Below, piece after piece: positions 1 to 14,929 of a DNA stretch of 64,000 nt (within the stretch, counting starts at the first letter, position 1; the number at the start of each line of letters is the position of its first letter). Origin of the DNA: Octopus vulgaris. Lineage: Eukaryota. The stretch covers positions 24,924,001 through 24,988,000 of the forward strand of contig OX597833.1 of the NCBI GenBank assembly GCA_951406725.2, written 5' to 3'. The notes under the pieces are model-generated. The model worked only from the letters and a program-made list of their open reading frames with translations. It did no database searches and was not told the origin of the DNA. A program made the position numbers and the translations under genes.

Positions 1-225
1 ATACCCACCTACACTAATCTCAAATGCCCTTGCCCGCGTCCGTCGCATCGACCGCACCACCGCCCTGTCTCCTTCCTCTCACCCACCCCCAACCGCACCC
101 CCAACCGCACCCCCTTCCCCCTCCTTTTCCACCCCTCTACTCTACCCCTTCGTCGGAAGATACTACGCGCCTTCCGTCGCCTCCAGCTCGATCCCACGAC
201 CCGCCCCATTTTCCCCAACCCACCC

Positions 226-720
226 TTGTCCTCCTTCAAACGATCCCGGAATCTACGCGACCTCCTGGTCCATAGCACCCTCTCTCCTTCCCCCTCAGCC
301 CCACACGGATCATTCCCGTGCTCTAGATCCCGCTGCAACATCTGCCTCTTCATCACCAACACCACTGCTGTCACCGACTCCAACCAGCGAACTGTACGTA
401 TCAGACATTCTTTTACGTGCACTTCGTCTGGCCTCATATACTGTATTAAATACAACCTCTGCGGAATGCTGTATATAGGACAGACGGGACGCCGTTTGTC
501 AGACCGATTTGCTGAACATCTGAGGGACGTTCGTCTACGGTCTTTTTCTCCCATCGCACGTCACTTCCGCTCGGCCAGCCATTCTCCCGATGACATCTCA
601 GTGTTTGGTCTCACCCCACACAACGGTCGTCCACTATCTAGGCTCCACTTGGAGCAACGCTACATCTTCACCCTACAAACCACTACCCCACCCGGACTCA
701 ACACAGCCCCTTCCTCTTAG
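226..720 (+). mobile_element. Penelope-like element, C-terminal GIY-YIG endonuclease fragment
   Basis: ORF has PCSRSRCNIC, FTCTSSGLIYCIKYNLCGMLYIGQTGRRLSDRFAEH, ARHF, LEQRYIFTLQTTTPPGLN: the PLE GIY-YIG signature. No RT in view. Confidence 0.9.
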
Positions 721-734
721 TGTTTTTTTTCCGA

Positions 735-2365
735 AAACACACACACGCATACCCACGTATCCACGAACACCCCCCACATACCTACTTCCAACACACCTAC
801 CTCCAACACACCACACACACACAACCTACTTACCTACTTGTACGCGCACATACTTCTACACCTATTCACACCCCCACGCAAACCCACGCGCACACACACA
901 CGCCCGTTCACACACACACACACATACATACATACGCACATACATACACACATACATACACACACATACGTACATACTTTACATACATACATACTTTACA
1001 TACATACATACACACACACACATGCACACATACACGCATGCACACACACATGCATACATACATACCTACACACGCACACGTTTACACGAATGCACGCACA
1101 CATACATATTTGCATCCAGGCGCACCCTCTTTCTTTTGGGTTGAGGGGTTGATGGATCTCGGTTCTTGTGATGTGTGTGATCGGGGGTCCGCGCGCGCGC
1201 GCTTTGGAACAGGCCTGGGGTGGGGTAGGCCCCATATGCGTGCGTTGTGTTGTTTGTGTGTTGTGTGTGTGAGCGTGCTTCGTGCGTGTGTGTGTGTATA
1301 CATACATACACACACATGCATGCATGCACGCGCGCACACCTACATGCCTACATACATACACGCACACACACTTACACACATACATACATACATACACACA
1401 TACACACACACATACATACCCACAAACATACATACATACACACACATACACATACATACATACATAAGACATACGTACACACAGACATACACCCATACAC
1501 TCACACACACATACATACACACCCACATACACACGCACACCCATACACTCACACACACATACATACACACCCACACACACACGCACACGCACATACACAC
1601 ACACACGCACACATATACACACACACACACACACACGCATACATACATACATTACATACGTACACACACATACTTACATACATTCATACCTTCACTCATA
1701 CATACATACATACATACACACAAACATACACAGACACACACCTATACATACATGCATGCACGCACGCCTGTGGGTTCTGGCTATATCTCGGGTTCGTGTC
1801 TGGGCCGGCGCGTTGTGCCTGGGGTTTCTCTTACGCCTGTCACCGCAGGAGTATTTTCCATCATTCCTTCAGTTGCGAAGTGTTTCCTTGCATGCATATA
1901 TACACACACACATAAACATATAAACACACATATAATACCCCTACATTTTGTACACACACGCACATACATACATTCACTCCCACGCACTCACACATACACA
2001 TTTACATATATATATACAATACACGCACACACACTTACACACGTACAAACACACACAAACTCACATACACACAACATATACCTCCACGCGCACGCACACA
2101 TACACATACGTACACACATATAAGCACAGACACACACATACATACGTACACCAAGACATGCGCACACATACGCACGCAAACATACATACATGCACACAAT
2201 CATACATATACGCACATATAAGCACACACACACCCACACATACACTTAGTTAAGCACAGTTACTCGCCATACACACTAAAAAACGCACACGTACACACAC
2301 ATACTACAACTAAACATACACACGAGACATATACACGCACACACTCACACACACACCCTTGTCAT
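735..2365. repeat. Degenerate (CA)n/(CATA)n low-complexity tract after the PLE ORF
   Basis: CA/CATA/CACG runs with short GC-richer interruptions near 1110-1290 and 1765-1890. Confidence 0.9.
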
Positions 2366-2389
2366 CTCGCACACCGTTGCTACTACTGT

Positions 2390-2635
2390 TTGCCCTTCAT
2401 CCTTTCGGAGTCGATAAATTAAGTACCAGTTACGCACTGGCGCCGATGTAATCGACTTAATCCGTTTGTCTGTCCTTGTTTTTCCTTTCTGTGTTTAACC
2501 CATTGTGGGTAGTAAAGAAATAGGTATTTCGTCAGTCTTTACGTTCTGAGTTCAAATTCCTCCGAGGTCAACTTTGCCTTTTTAATCGACTGGCACCTCC
2601 CCAAAATTTCAAGTCTTGCGCCGAGAGTTGAAAAG
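2390..2635 (+). mobile_element. SINE fragments (family C)
   Basis: TTCAAATT..GAGGTCAACTTTGCC and TTCATCCTTTCGGAGTCGATAAATTAAGTACCAG modules; recur at 4113-4265, 12855-13020, 13600-13820, 24435-24645, 49020-49280. Confidence 0.7.
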
Positions 2636-3478
2636 ATTATTTTAAATTGTCATGCTACTTCGGTGTCCATCCACTCAAATTCCATATATTTCCATCTATT
2701 TAATGTCTGACAGTGCTGCCAAAACATTGCTTCACTGGAGAGTTCTAATAAGTTATCACAGTATTAACAAAGGGCAGGCTCACCCCACCCTGCATTGTAC
2801 ATTGTATCTCTATATATGTTTCTGGGCCCACTTGCTTGCTATTAAAGAAGGTGAAATAAAATATAGAATTGCAAGTTACCTTTATTCATCTAGCTTATAA
2901 TAAATACAATATTTTAGGAGTGTGTGTGTGTTTTAGATCTCATTAACTAGTGTTCTAACCTAAAGCAGTCTTTAGAACTTGACTGTGTTTAAATAGACAC
3001 AATAAACAATGTCAATATTGATATATCTTGATCAAAGATATATATTAATAAATCATCACTTATATAGACATTTTGTTATTCAGAAAAAAAGGAAAAACTG
3101 GAGGTCGATTGTTTTATATTTTCATCAATAACATAAGAGGATTAAGTGCAAAGAAGCTGCTCCTAGGCAGCTTACTAACTTATGCTCTCTGCAATGTTGC
3201 TTGTTATAGTAACTGTTCATAATTGATGCGCATTTATTCTGCAGATACATGAATAGAAACGCATGTATGTATCTATCTAGCGAGTTGGCATGACTGTGCG
3301 GTTAAAAAGTCCGTTTCGCAACTACGTACTTTCCGATTCAGTCTCACTGCGCGCTGTATTCTGAGCGTCTCTACAATAGCCTCGACTGACCAATTTTGTC
3401 TATGGAATTGATAAATGGAAACAGCGCGCGTTCACGCGCACACATACCTGCACATGTATGTATAAATAAATAATAAAT

Positions 3479-3715
3479 GCGCCCTTTTAAAGCCTAGCCA
3501 GGCTCATAGGCCCCGTTTCCCGATTTCTATGGCGTATGTGTTCCCCAGCTGGACGGGACGCCAGTCCATCGCAGCGTTACTCATGTTTGCCAGCTGAGTA
3601 GACTAGAGCTACGTGAAAGGAAGTGTTTTGCTCAAGAACACAACGCGTCGCTCGGTTCAGGAATCGAAACCACAATGTTACGATCATGATGCTGACACCC
3701 TATCCACTAAGCCAC
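3479..3715 (-). mobile_element. tRNA-derived SINE, head B + tail X
   Basis: Minus strand GTGGCTTAGTGG (A box) and GGTTTCGATTCC (B box); head shared with 34295, tail GCGATGGACTGGCGTCCCGTCCAG shared with 13281 and 24085. Confidence 0.8.
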
Positions 3716-4070
3716 ATCAGTCTCAAAAGTCTGACGTGTCACCAATACTGCTAAGCGCTTTGTAGGTGCAAAACCAATCGTCACTCTATGACCGGCCATC
3801 AGATTTAACTTCCTAATATATAATATATATGTTCTTTTATTCTTTTACTTGTTTTAGTCATTTGATTGCGGCCATGCTGGAGCAACGCCTTTAGTCGAAC
3901 AAATCATTTCTCAGGACTTATCATTTGTAAGATTAGTACTTATTCTATCCGAGACTTTTGTCGAACCGCTAACTTATGGGGACGTAAATACACCAACAGC
4001 GGTTGTCAAGTGATGGTGGGTGGGGGACAAACTCATACACACATCTACATACATACATACGTACGTACAT

Positions 4071-4114
<44 letters not shown>

Positions 4115-5767
4115 CAAATTCTGCCGAGGTCAACTTTGCCTTTCATCCTTTCGGGGTCGATAAATTAAGTACCAGTTACGCACTGGGGTCGATGTAATCG
4201 ACTTAATCTGTTTGTCTGTCCTTGTTTGCCCCCTCTATGTTTAGCCCCTTGTGGGTAATAAAGAAACATATATATATATATAAGATAGGTTTCTTTCAGT
4301 TGTCAAGCGATGATGTAGAGACAAACTCAGACACACACAAATATATAAATGGTGTAAAATAAATCATTTCTGTTTGAGTTTGTGTATGGAGTAGTTTTTT
4401 TAGGCTGTTATTCCTTCTGTGACCAAAGAAACAAGCAAGCGATCTCTGATGAAGAACAATGAAACTGGGAGGAAAATAAGTAATTAAACCTCAACAGTAT
4501 ATCACTTTCTCAGCGATATTAAAAATATCTCGCCTTAATTTACTGTTTCTATCTCTGTATAGAGATATAGTAGTCCCATAAAATATCAGCTAAGCGAGAA
4601 ACTAGATTAGGCTCGAACGAATGTTGTACTTGTTCGCAACTAATTATTATGTGGCCTTGTACCAATATAGGGAAGTTTTCTTTATTAGTGATGTCGTTGT
4701 TGTTGTGGTTCTTGTAGGTTGCAGTGATGGTGGTTTTAGAGTCGTGGTCGTGATTGTGGTGATGTTCATGAGAAATGACTGTTGCGTGTTAAATAGTATG
4801 CGATCACCCATCCATAAATGACGAGTATTATTTCTCACAAGACATTCTTCTAATAAATAACCACACACACACACGCACGCATGCATATACAACACACAAA
4901 TACACATGCACACACACATACATACACATACACTCTCTCACGCACAACACAGCCTCACGAACACACAAACCACAGCCTGACGCACACATACAACACGCAC
5001 TGCGCATGTTTCTACACACGTTTTACGTTCTCTGTCTCTGTCTTTCCTTCTGTCTATCTTTCTGCCTCTCCCCCCTCTCTCTCTATATCTATCTTTCTCT
5101 CTTTCTCTCTCCATCTCTCCGTTTCACTCTCTACACTTTAGGAATCTTTTGCAATTCTTTCAATTTATCTGATCTTACGTTCATGGCTTTTTTTCTTTAT
5201 TATTAGAAACACAAGTTATATTACGTTCTTCTTTCAATCGCTCTCTTCTTCTTCTTCTTCTTCTTCTACCCCTTCTCTCTTCTTTTTCCTTCTACCCCTT
5301 CTCTTCTTTTTCTTTCTACTACCTCCCTCTCTCTCTTCTTCTTTCTACTGCCCACTCTCACTTTCTCTCTCTCTCTCTCTCTCTCCCTCTCTCTGTCCAC
5401 TCTCTAGCACAGTCTCCCTTACTACCACAGTTCATCCCATGTATTAAAACAAAAATTCTATGTAATTAATAAAATACAGATTCCAACACAGAATAAAATA
5501 TTTGCTAAGTAACTTCCTGGTGACCACCACCACTCAGTAACAACACACACAACATGCATAACACACTACGAAGGATGATAGTTTATATCTTTCCTTGCCG
5601 CACGACTGCCCACTTACATATAGCATTTGCTATTTATTCTAAACTTTCTGATTATTCTAAAATTTCAGTCTTTTTTGTTTTCTTTTTATTTTTAGAGTCA
5701 GTCCCTCCATTTGTTTCTTTTTTGTTTTTAGATTGTTAGTCACTCCCGAGATGGCACGTCTACTATA

Positions 5768-5928
5768 GGTGCAGGTGTGGTCGTGTAGTAAGACGCTTCC
5801 TTCATAACCACACGGTTCCGGGTTCATTCCCATTCTGCAGCACCTTGCGTTGGTGTTTTCTACTATAGCCTCGGGCCGATTAACGCTTTGTAAGTGGACT
5901 TCATAGACGGAAATTGAAAGAAGCCCGT

Positions 5929-5959
<31 letters not shown>

Positions 5960-6192
5960 GGGGGTGGGGGTGTGTGCGTGTGTGGGTGTCTGTTTGTGTT
6001 TGTCCCCCACCAATGCTTGAAAACCGGTGTTGTTGTGTTTACATCCCAGTAACCTAGCAGTTCGGCAAAAGCTTTTGATAGAATAAGTACCAGGCTTAAA
6101 GCAAAGTACTGGGGTCGACTCACTCGACCAAGATTTCTTCAAGGCATTGCCCCACCATGGCCGGTGTCTAATCACTGAAACAAGTAAGAAAA
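5768..6192 (+). mobile_element. tRNA-derived SINE with internal microsatellite (family M)
   Basis: B box GGTTCATTCCC, internal (TA)n/(TG)n, tail CCGGTGT...AGAATAAGTACCAGG...CTGAAACAAGTAA; homologous to 16050, 32482, 58250. Confidence 0.8.
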
Positions 6193-6994
6193 GATAATTA
6201 CATAGATAACACTTTCTACTAAAGACACAAGGCCTGAAACTGACGTGTGCAGGACTAACCAATTTTATCAACTCTAGCGTTTCACTGGTGCTCAATGTAG
6301 TGACCCCGAAAGGATGAAAGGCAAATTGCACCTCAGCAGAATTTGAACTCAGAGCGTTAAGACAGCCTGAATACAGCTAAGCGTTATACCCGGCATACTA
6401 ACGTTTCTCTTAGCTCGCTGCCTTTATAATTACATAACCTTAGTCGGATTCAATAACTTACTGTGTTACATAAAGGAAACTTTGCCGTATTTATATTTAG
6501 GCATTTAGTTTGAAGAAAGCACTTTCGGGGCGTTTTGTCTCATTCTTTGTAAACTTTGCTGCGATGTTGTTTCGGGTTCAGTTTCACTGCGCAGTACTTG
6601 GTTAACTGACTTCTACAAAAACCACAGGCCGACGAGTGCTTCATGAGTAAATTTGGTTAACGAAAAATGTGGGAGCTCGTCGGGTATGTGTGTGCGTCTG
6701 TATATAGACATGTATCTATATGTATATACATGTGTTTGTGCCTGTGTGTGTGTATGAATATGTGACTTTGTCTTTCGGTTTGTCCCTCTCCCTCACCGCT
6801 TGAGAACCGGTCTGAGATTGTTTACGTCTGTGTAACTTGGTAGTTCACCAAAAACGCTTGAGAGACTTAAAAAAAATAACTGCTGGGGTAGATTTGTTGG
6901 AGTAAAGACCAAGTCAGTGCCCAGGTATGACCACAGACCAATGACTGAAACAGCAATCTCTCTTTCTTTCTCACTCTCCCTACACATACGCACA

Positions 6995-7043
<49 letters not shown>

Positions 7044-8559
7044 TTATATATAAACATTCCTTTGTGCGTGTGTATGTGTGTTTATTATATCACACTTGAA
7101 TAATCGGTGACAGTTATTTCGTATTTTTTTCCGCAGCATTTCGTGATGTGTTGAAAGCACGGATATAAAACTAAAGCTTATAACTTTCAAGTTGAGATCT
7201 CCAAGATTATGAATTGTATTTTTTTCCAAACATATTACGTGTTAACATCGTATCATTTCATCAGCGTGAACTGATTATATACATACATGTAATCATAGAT
7301 ACACACAAACACACACCCATGTACGTATGTGTGTGTATGTTCCTATATACATACATACAAATATATATACATGTATGTATATACTGTGTATGTGCACGCG
7401 TTTGTGTGTGAATGTGTGAAATTGTGCTTCGGTTTGTTTCTCTCCCTCACCGCACAAGGCACAAATACAATCGTCACTAAAAGTGCTAGCTAGTCAGCAC
7501 CAACTATGCTAGAAATAAGAGTCAAATTAACTCATAGCCACAAACAGAGCATTTTCTTTTAAACGGACCCCTTTCTCTTCACTGATAAGGGAGATAGCCT
7601 TCCCAAACAAGCCAGGGGGTCAGATCGGCCGGCCAATTTCGGATAGAATTAATTAATCATCGGTGACGCTACTCCATCAACTTGTCAGTTCATAGAATAT
7701 ACCATAGGAATCAATGGCTGATTCATTAAAATGGTAAAGTGAAAATCATAAAATTATTAAAGTGGCTAGACGCAATTTGAAACCAATTTTGTAAATATAA
7801 GTTTTTACCGTATGTATTGACTACAGAGAATAGTGTGATAGTGGGGAATATAAAACCTTGGATGGAAAATACGAATACCCATTTTTACCGTCGTAGGTTT
7901 ATACGCTACATCATTTGCACAATGTGAAGATTTACGACCACCATTGGCCTAACGACCTTAGCATTAGATTCAGAATTCATCAAAGACAGGGCCACTTGTC
8001 CCCTACATAACTGAAGGACTAAGTCTGCGGGGTGAAGATTGGCTATAGGAGGAATCCAGGTAAGCAGATATGGAGATAATGATGTAAATAAACAATAAAA
8101 TCGATTGAGTTAGATATATGGCATATACACACATATATGCATGTAAACAGGAAGAAAACACGGACTGAAAATTCTCAGACGATGAATATTCTTGATTAAT
8201 ATATAGATATTTATGAGCAGAATGAGTTAAGTCGAAATATGTTTGTCACGTATTATAACTGCTGAAAGGCAAATACACTGCAGTTACCGTGGAGAATAAA
8301 TAAATCTTCTTTATGGTAAAATGGCGTGAAAACACCCTGTCCGTTCAGTGTCGCCATCTATTAGGAATTCCAGTCATCGATGCTACGAGTTTATTAATTC
8401 TTATCAATGAGATGTATCTAAGAGAGGCAACTCTAAACGAACTTAATAAAGCGGTAGCTTTATATATAATTCAGTCAACACGTTGATTAATTTGCGCTCG
8501 TAGATCGCCAGAACCGAGGTAAATAACGAAGCGACATCGCTAATTAGCATGTGGAGAAG

Positions 8560-8745
8560 GTATGTTGTTATAGGTCCAACAGCTGCTTCAAGGGATTCGA
8601 AATTATTTGATAATGTTGGCAGACGTTGTTCGCAAAACGTCAAGTATATGCAAGTAGAAATGGAAGAATATAAACATTAGGTAGGTTCGGTCTCCACCTT
8701 TCAGGGTGGAGAGATAGGTAACTAACACTTCAGATACCTATAAAG
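8560..8745 (-). repeat. Dispersed repeat homologous to 18400-18570, probable decayed Penelope terminal repeat
   Basis: Shared AAATTATTT.ATAATGTTGGCAGA, AAACATT.GTA and CAGGGTGGA..TAGGTAA blocks; 8-bp stem TCTCCACC/GGTGGAGA. Confidence 0.5.
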
Positions 8746-10278
8746 TTCTTACGCGAATTTATTTTAAAAAGCGAGACACGTGAATATTTCACGGAACCAA
8801 TGGTGTACCTATTGGTTCCTATTGGCTCCTATCTGAAAGCTTTATCTAAATGTCATGAAAGCGTCGCCTGCATTGTGTTTGCATGGAAAGATGGTCGCCC
8901 ATCTGCTGCTCATTGATAACTGAAAGAAACTGGAATATGATGATCAGTTAATGCACTTTATATATATAATCTATATCCTTTATGCACAAGGCAATAGATT
9001 TAATACTCAGCACTCATAAAATAAATATTCATTCTTATTTTTACTATTTTCCCCATAAACAAAAAAATATCGCCGTACATATGATACAACCTTTAGTTAA
9101 ATTGCACACATCAGCCACGTAAATAAGCGTGAATATTTCACAGAATTGCACTTATGTGTTAAGTGATAGGTAATACTAAAAAATTTAGTTCAGTTAAAAA
9201 ATAGACAGTTTTCACTATTTACTCACCACCGTCACCTCCATCACTAGCACCACAACCACCACCACGTCCACGTCTACTACTTACAACACTTATTCCAACG
9301 TCACCATCTCTCACTCTTCATCTCTCTCTGCCTCCTCTCTCTGCCTTCTCTCACTGCCTCCTTTCTCTCTCTACCTCCATTCTCTCTCTGCCTTTAACCT
9401 CACCATCTGAACATCACCCCTATGCTAAACTACTTTCAAGCAACTTTTTTAACCACGCAATAAATATTACATTCTCTCTACCACGTCATACACGCTCCAC
9501 TCTCCTATTTTCTTTCTCTTCGTCTTTTATTCTCTTTTTCTTTTTCCCTCGTCTTCTCTAACCACGAGAAAGTGTTACAGACGGGCTAAGTAACGCGGTG
9601 GCAAGCATAATTATTATAAGATTCTCTAAATTTTATAATAAAGCTTGATGTAATATTTAGGTGCCAGAATATTTCAGAAATTTTACTGTGCTGTGTATTC
9701 TATAATTATCCCGCTCACACTAAAGTTCGTTTACATATTTTATATTTCTTTGTATTATTTATTTAATTTATTTACATATACATTTAACGTTAAGTTTTCT
9801 TTGACTGAAGACAAATACACTTACAAATACCAACCGAAGATTAATATCAAGGGAGATAAGTGTCCATAATACACTGAAGGAATTGCATTTCTTTGACTCA
9901 ACTTCCGGATCGAACCAAATTTAATGATGTTTTAGTTGTTTTTTAAAATTACGCCGATATGTTACTTCATCAGAATTGCAGCAATGTTTTTCTCGCTATA
10001 ACACATCGATTACTGTTCTGTAGGTTAGATTGCACTTACAACAGGACAATTATACTCCATGTTATAAACGAAATGAACAATTAAATATAATCTTTCCTAC
10101 TCTAGGCACAAGACCCGAAATGTTTTTTGGGTGGGAGCTAGTCTATTAGATCGACCGCAGTACACAACTGGTACTTAATTTATCGATCCCGAAAGGATAA
10201 AATGCAAAGTCGACCACGGTGAAACAGTTAAATATAATGAATTGAGAATTAAGCTCTATAAGCATAAACATACATACG

Positions 10279-10333
<55 letters not shown>

Positions 10334-11744
10334 CATAATGATCATAATGAGCAAGAAAATGGAACGAATGTGAAATAATTTCTCCAAAAAGAAACACCCA
10401 CATCTCCACATACGCGTATACACACACATACATATGCGTGTGTGTGTGTGTTTGCTAGAAAATTACAGGAAACGTATTTTCTAGTAGTCAATCAAAAGTG
10501 ATTTTTAATTGAATTTAACGAACCATGGAAGGATGACTTTAGCAAGTTTTGAACTCAGAACGTGAAGGTCGGGCAACTGTATTCAGTCTGTCAATCTATC
10601 GTTTTTAATAGCCCACTAGTAGCAATGATAATAAAAATAAACACAATGTTTTCGACAAAAGTATTGGCGGATAAATTTATTCTGAACATAAATTCAAGGA
10701 TTGAAATTTTTGTGCAAAATGTTTGGTGGATATGATCATCACCGGTACTTGACCAGTGTTTTCTTTTGCCAACTCGGAAGGATAAGGGGCCAATAGACTA
10801 CATCGGGATTTGAACCCGGAACATAAATAAAGAGCAAATGGCTAATGATTTCTAATATAATAATGATAAGGTTTTTGAAAGAATATAGTCACACTTTTTG
10901 AGGAAGAGTAGAGCTAAGGATTTTATTTTTTAAATTTTACCGAACTGAATCTTATTAAATTTTAAAGTCAGCTCCAGCGGGAGTTCAAAATTTAACTATA
11001 TACAGCAAAATATATGATCTGGCAACGCTTTGTCGTTTTTGCTGGCATACAACATTAAGAATTACCGAGATATTTGATATCAGAGTTGCATCCAGTTTTA
11101 ATTTCACATCAGTTGTTTTTTTTTACTTTTCTTTTTCTTATGTAGATGATTTTTATTATGTAATAAGAATTCTCACTCACGTATTCTCTTATCTTGCTAA
11201 GCAAAAATTCTTTGATCTGCTGCCTACGCATTTCCATTACGATGTTGTGCATGCGTTATTATGCTTACTGCTGTTCATTTTCTTCTGTAATAACGTTAAG
11301 TATATTTATCTTAAATGAATTGACTATGATAATGAAATGAAGGTAAAGTATAAAATATTACGTTTACTTTTAATCATAGATATTTACTGGCAACGAATAA
11401 AATGTCTTTAGTTCAATGCTAGCGCTAAGAGCACACTTACCTAAAATTTGTTCGCTTGTAGACAAGTGCACGTGCATCTCTACTGACAAGGCAAATGAGT
11501 AACTGGTGATATGTATTTCATTTCATGATTCTTTTATTAAAACGTTTTTCAAGAAAATATTGTCAAACATATTCCCTTGATGGCCCGATTTTCTTTGGGC
11601 AGTTCCAAATTATTTATATTTGTAGATCTGAGTGTCACCTAAACTTAATCGGAAGAAAGCCAGAAGAAAGCAGGTATATTTCATAAAGAACGACTGACTG
11701 ACTGTTATTGAATCATTGTAAATGCCAGAATAGAGGTCTTTTAT

Positions 11745-12023
11745 CTTTTATTTGTTTCAGTCATTAGACTATAGCCATGCTAGGGCATCACCTTCAAGGG
11801 TTTGGGCAAACAAATCAACCCCAGTACGAATTATTTTTAAGGTTGGTACTTATTCCATCAGTCTTATTTGCCGAACCGCTAGAATACAGGAACGTAAACG
11901 AACCGACAATAGTTGTCAATCGATGGTGGCATGCATATAGTTACACATACACACATGCACGCACACATGCATGCACATACATCCTCACACACACGCTTGA
12001 AAGACAGCCTCTCTCTCACACAC

Positions 12024-12060
<37 letters not shown>

Positions 12061-12170
12061 CACACACACATGCACACACACACAATACGTATCACGGTTT
12101 CTCTCAGTTTCACGAGGCTTTTGGTCGGTCCGGAGCTATAGTAGAAGATACTTGCCCAAGGTGCCATGCC
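11745..12170 (-). mobile_element. SINE family M, head truncated
   Basis: GTTTCAGTCATTAGAC...GCCGAACCGCTAG...(CA)n...GCTATAGTAGAAGATACTTGCCCAAGGTGCCA. Confidence 0.75.
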
Positions 12171-13280
12171 GGCGCCAATTTGAGGGAACTTTTATAGCAA
12201 CTCACGGAGATAATTCTAACGATATTGGAAATATCTGTGACGTGCAATATTTACGAAACATGCGTTTCAAGATTGACATGAAAAGCAAAGTGATCAGAGT
12301 TGCAGATTAAAGTACTTTGTGCCACCCAGGTATATCATTTTACATTCTTAGTCCAAGTTCTTCTTAAACTGATGTTGGCTTTTGAGGTCGATAAAATAAA
12401 TAACATATTCAAATATGCCCATTATAGTACTTCAAGTATTTGTTGGTGAATTAGAAATCCACATTATAGCCACTTGAATTGTGAGTGAAATAAATAATAA
12501 AAACGTTTGCATAACAAATATAACTTCCTCAATATTTAGATGTGTTTCCCTTTCCGAATTTAACTGTGACATTTAAACTTCTGAGTTAATTAAATAAGTA
12601 TCAGTTGCTGTTTATGTTTAGCATTCGCCGAGCAAATCTATGATTAAAGACATTCTAGAAATTCTAGTTACTGTATATATCTCATATTTCCTGATATTAT
12701 CCATTCTGGCAAAAGTGTATTAATATTATTGTAGCAGCTGTGGAATATTTTACTATTAATTCTTAAGTTAGCGAATACGTTAGTTCTTAATACGGAAGAA
12801 AGAAAATACACTATACTAACGAACAGCTTACTTGAAAAGCAGGTGAGGAAAATATTCTTTTCTACTCTAGGCATAAGGGCCGAAATTTTTTCTTGTGGGG
12901 TGAGGTGGGGGGGTTACAGTCAATTAGATCGACCCCAGTGTGAAACTGGTACTTAATTTATCCACCCCGAAAGGATGTAAGGCAAAGTCGACCTCTGCGG
13001 AATTTGAACTCAGAACGTTAAATTCGAGGAAAATATTAATCTAATATTAATTCTTATCTTTCTGTGTTTGTGTATTAGATTTCCTACCATCAAGTCTAAG
13101 GCTCGTATGTGCACTCATCCCACTCCTTTTTATGTTAAGCCCCATGTATTTCTGTTTTTTTTTGTTGTTTACTCTCTCTCTTTCCTCCTCTCCTTCTCTC
13201 TCTTACGATGTAAAGTACAACTGCGGAAATCTACCAGTGAACCAGCCAAAATTTACATCGGCTATTATTACATAGCTATA

Positions 13281-13577
13281 GGAACATGGCCCAGTGGTTA
13301 GAGCAGCGGATTCGCGGTCGAGGAATCGCGGGTTTGAATCTCAGACCGGGCGATGTGTGTGTTTATGAGCGAATCACTTATGCTCCACGCGGCTCCGGCA
13401 GAAGGTAATGGCGAACTCCTGCTGACTCTTTCGCCACAACTTTCTCTCACTCTTTCCTCCTGCATCTTGCGGCTCACCTGCGACGGATCGGCGTCCCCTC
13501 CAGGTGGGGAATCAATACGCCAAGGAAACCGGGAAACCGGCCCTTGTGAGCCAGGCATGGCTCAAGAAGGAAAAACA
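13281..13577 (+). mobile_element. tRNA-derived SINE, head A + tail X
   Basis: TGGCCCAGTGG A box and GGTTTGAATCTC B box; closely matches the reverse complement of 24085-24381. Confidence 0.85.
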
Positions 13578-14929
13578 TTATTACATAGAATTGTGAGTCG
13601 GCGAGCAGGCACAATCGTTAGCACGCCACACAAATTATTTAGCAGCTTTGCTTTCCACGTTTCATCCTTCTTTGTGTTGTGAGTTCAAATATCGCCGAGG
13701 TGGACTTTATCTTATGCCAGTCATCCTTTCGGGTAGATGAAAATAAGTACCTGTTGAGCACTGGAGTCGATGTAATCGACAAACCCCGACCCCCACCCCG
13801 AAAAAAATTCAGGTCTTTGCTATAGTTGAGAGGATCATAGTGTGGTTGTTTAAGTGAGTTGTTTTCGTTGTGTGCATGTGTGTATGTATGTATGTGTGTG
13901 TGTGTATATATGTGTGCGTGTTGTGTATGTGTGTTTGCCCGTGTAATTGACTTTAAAATAGTATTTAGATCCTTGTAATCGATTAGAAACTTAACAGTGG
14001 TGTCTCAGTAAGGCCACTGTTCAATGGCTGAAACAAATATAAAATTTGAATTATCATGATCAGAGGAAAAAATGTCCTTGATATTTCTAAAATTGAATTG
14101 CTTCTTCTAAAACAACCCGAAGACAGAATAAGTAGAGAAGCGAAAAAAAAATGTGCTTGAAATAACTGTACAGTTAAGCAAATATAACAGCATGCAAAGG
14201 ATAAATACCTTATGTTGTTGTTAAACGCAGGGTCTGCTGTGGCGTATCACAGCTCTGAGCTATCAGCAAGCACGCTCCAGCTTATGACTGAATCGTATTT
14301 TTGCATATACGAGACTAAATTACGTAAAGCACAATTGTGTCAATCATTTTTTGAATAAGTTACGATATGAAATGAGAGGATTTAGGCTGCTGTCTCTGCC
14401 AGTTTCGAGCGACACTTCAGGGCTGCATGGCAATTTATAAGAACTGAATAAAGGACGATCTTATAGACATACATAGTAATATGCAATGCTTATGTATACA
14501 CACATACATGCATACATGCTTGCAAACATACATCCACGCATCCATACATGCGTACATTCATACATGCATCAACGCATACATATAACTGTGTGTGTGTGTG
14601 TGTGTATAAATATCTTTTGGCAGAAAAGTATCGAATACAAGACTATGTGCTGCGAAAGGGTTTCTTACTTAATAAAATTAACACTTGCAATCTTTTTGTT
14701 TGATATCTTCTAGTTCCACTGATTTGGCTGTGTATGTGTTCAATTGTATGCTACACCTTTCAATGCTTGAGGGAAACGTGGCTAACAAAATAATTACATA
14801 AATCTGAAGCCTTGTGAAAATATCACCATTTTCTCCAAGCCAACACGTAACATTTACTTTTCGAAGTCGGTGTCCTTGAGATACGAATTGTGAAATTTAA
14901 AGTCAAATAAACAGACGCAAAGTTTAACA

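Noticed and set aside
720-2123. 467-aa His/Thr-rich ORF and the many poly-YI/CV/HT/M/I ORFs
   Set aside because: Translations of microsatellites that lack stops in some frames.
4445-4470. CTGATGA...GAAAC hammerhead-like boxes (also 17151-17172 and 51525-51570)
   Set aside because: Stems I-III cannot be formed consistently or the core is broken.
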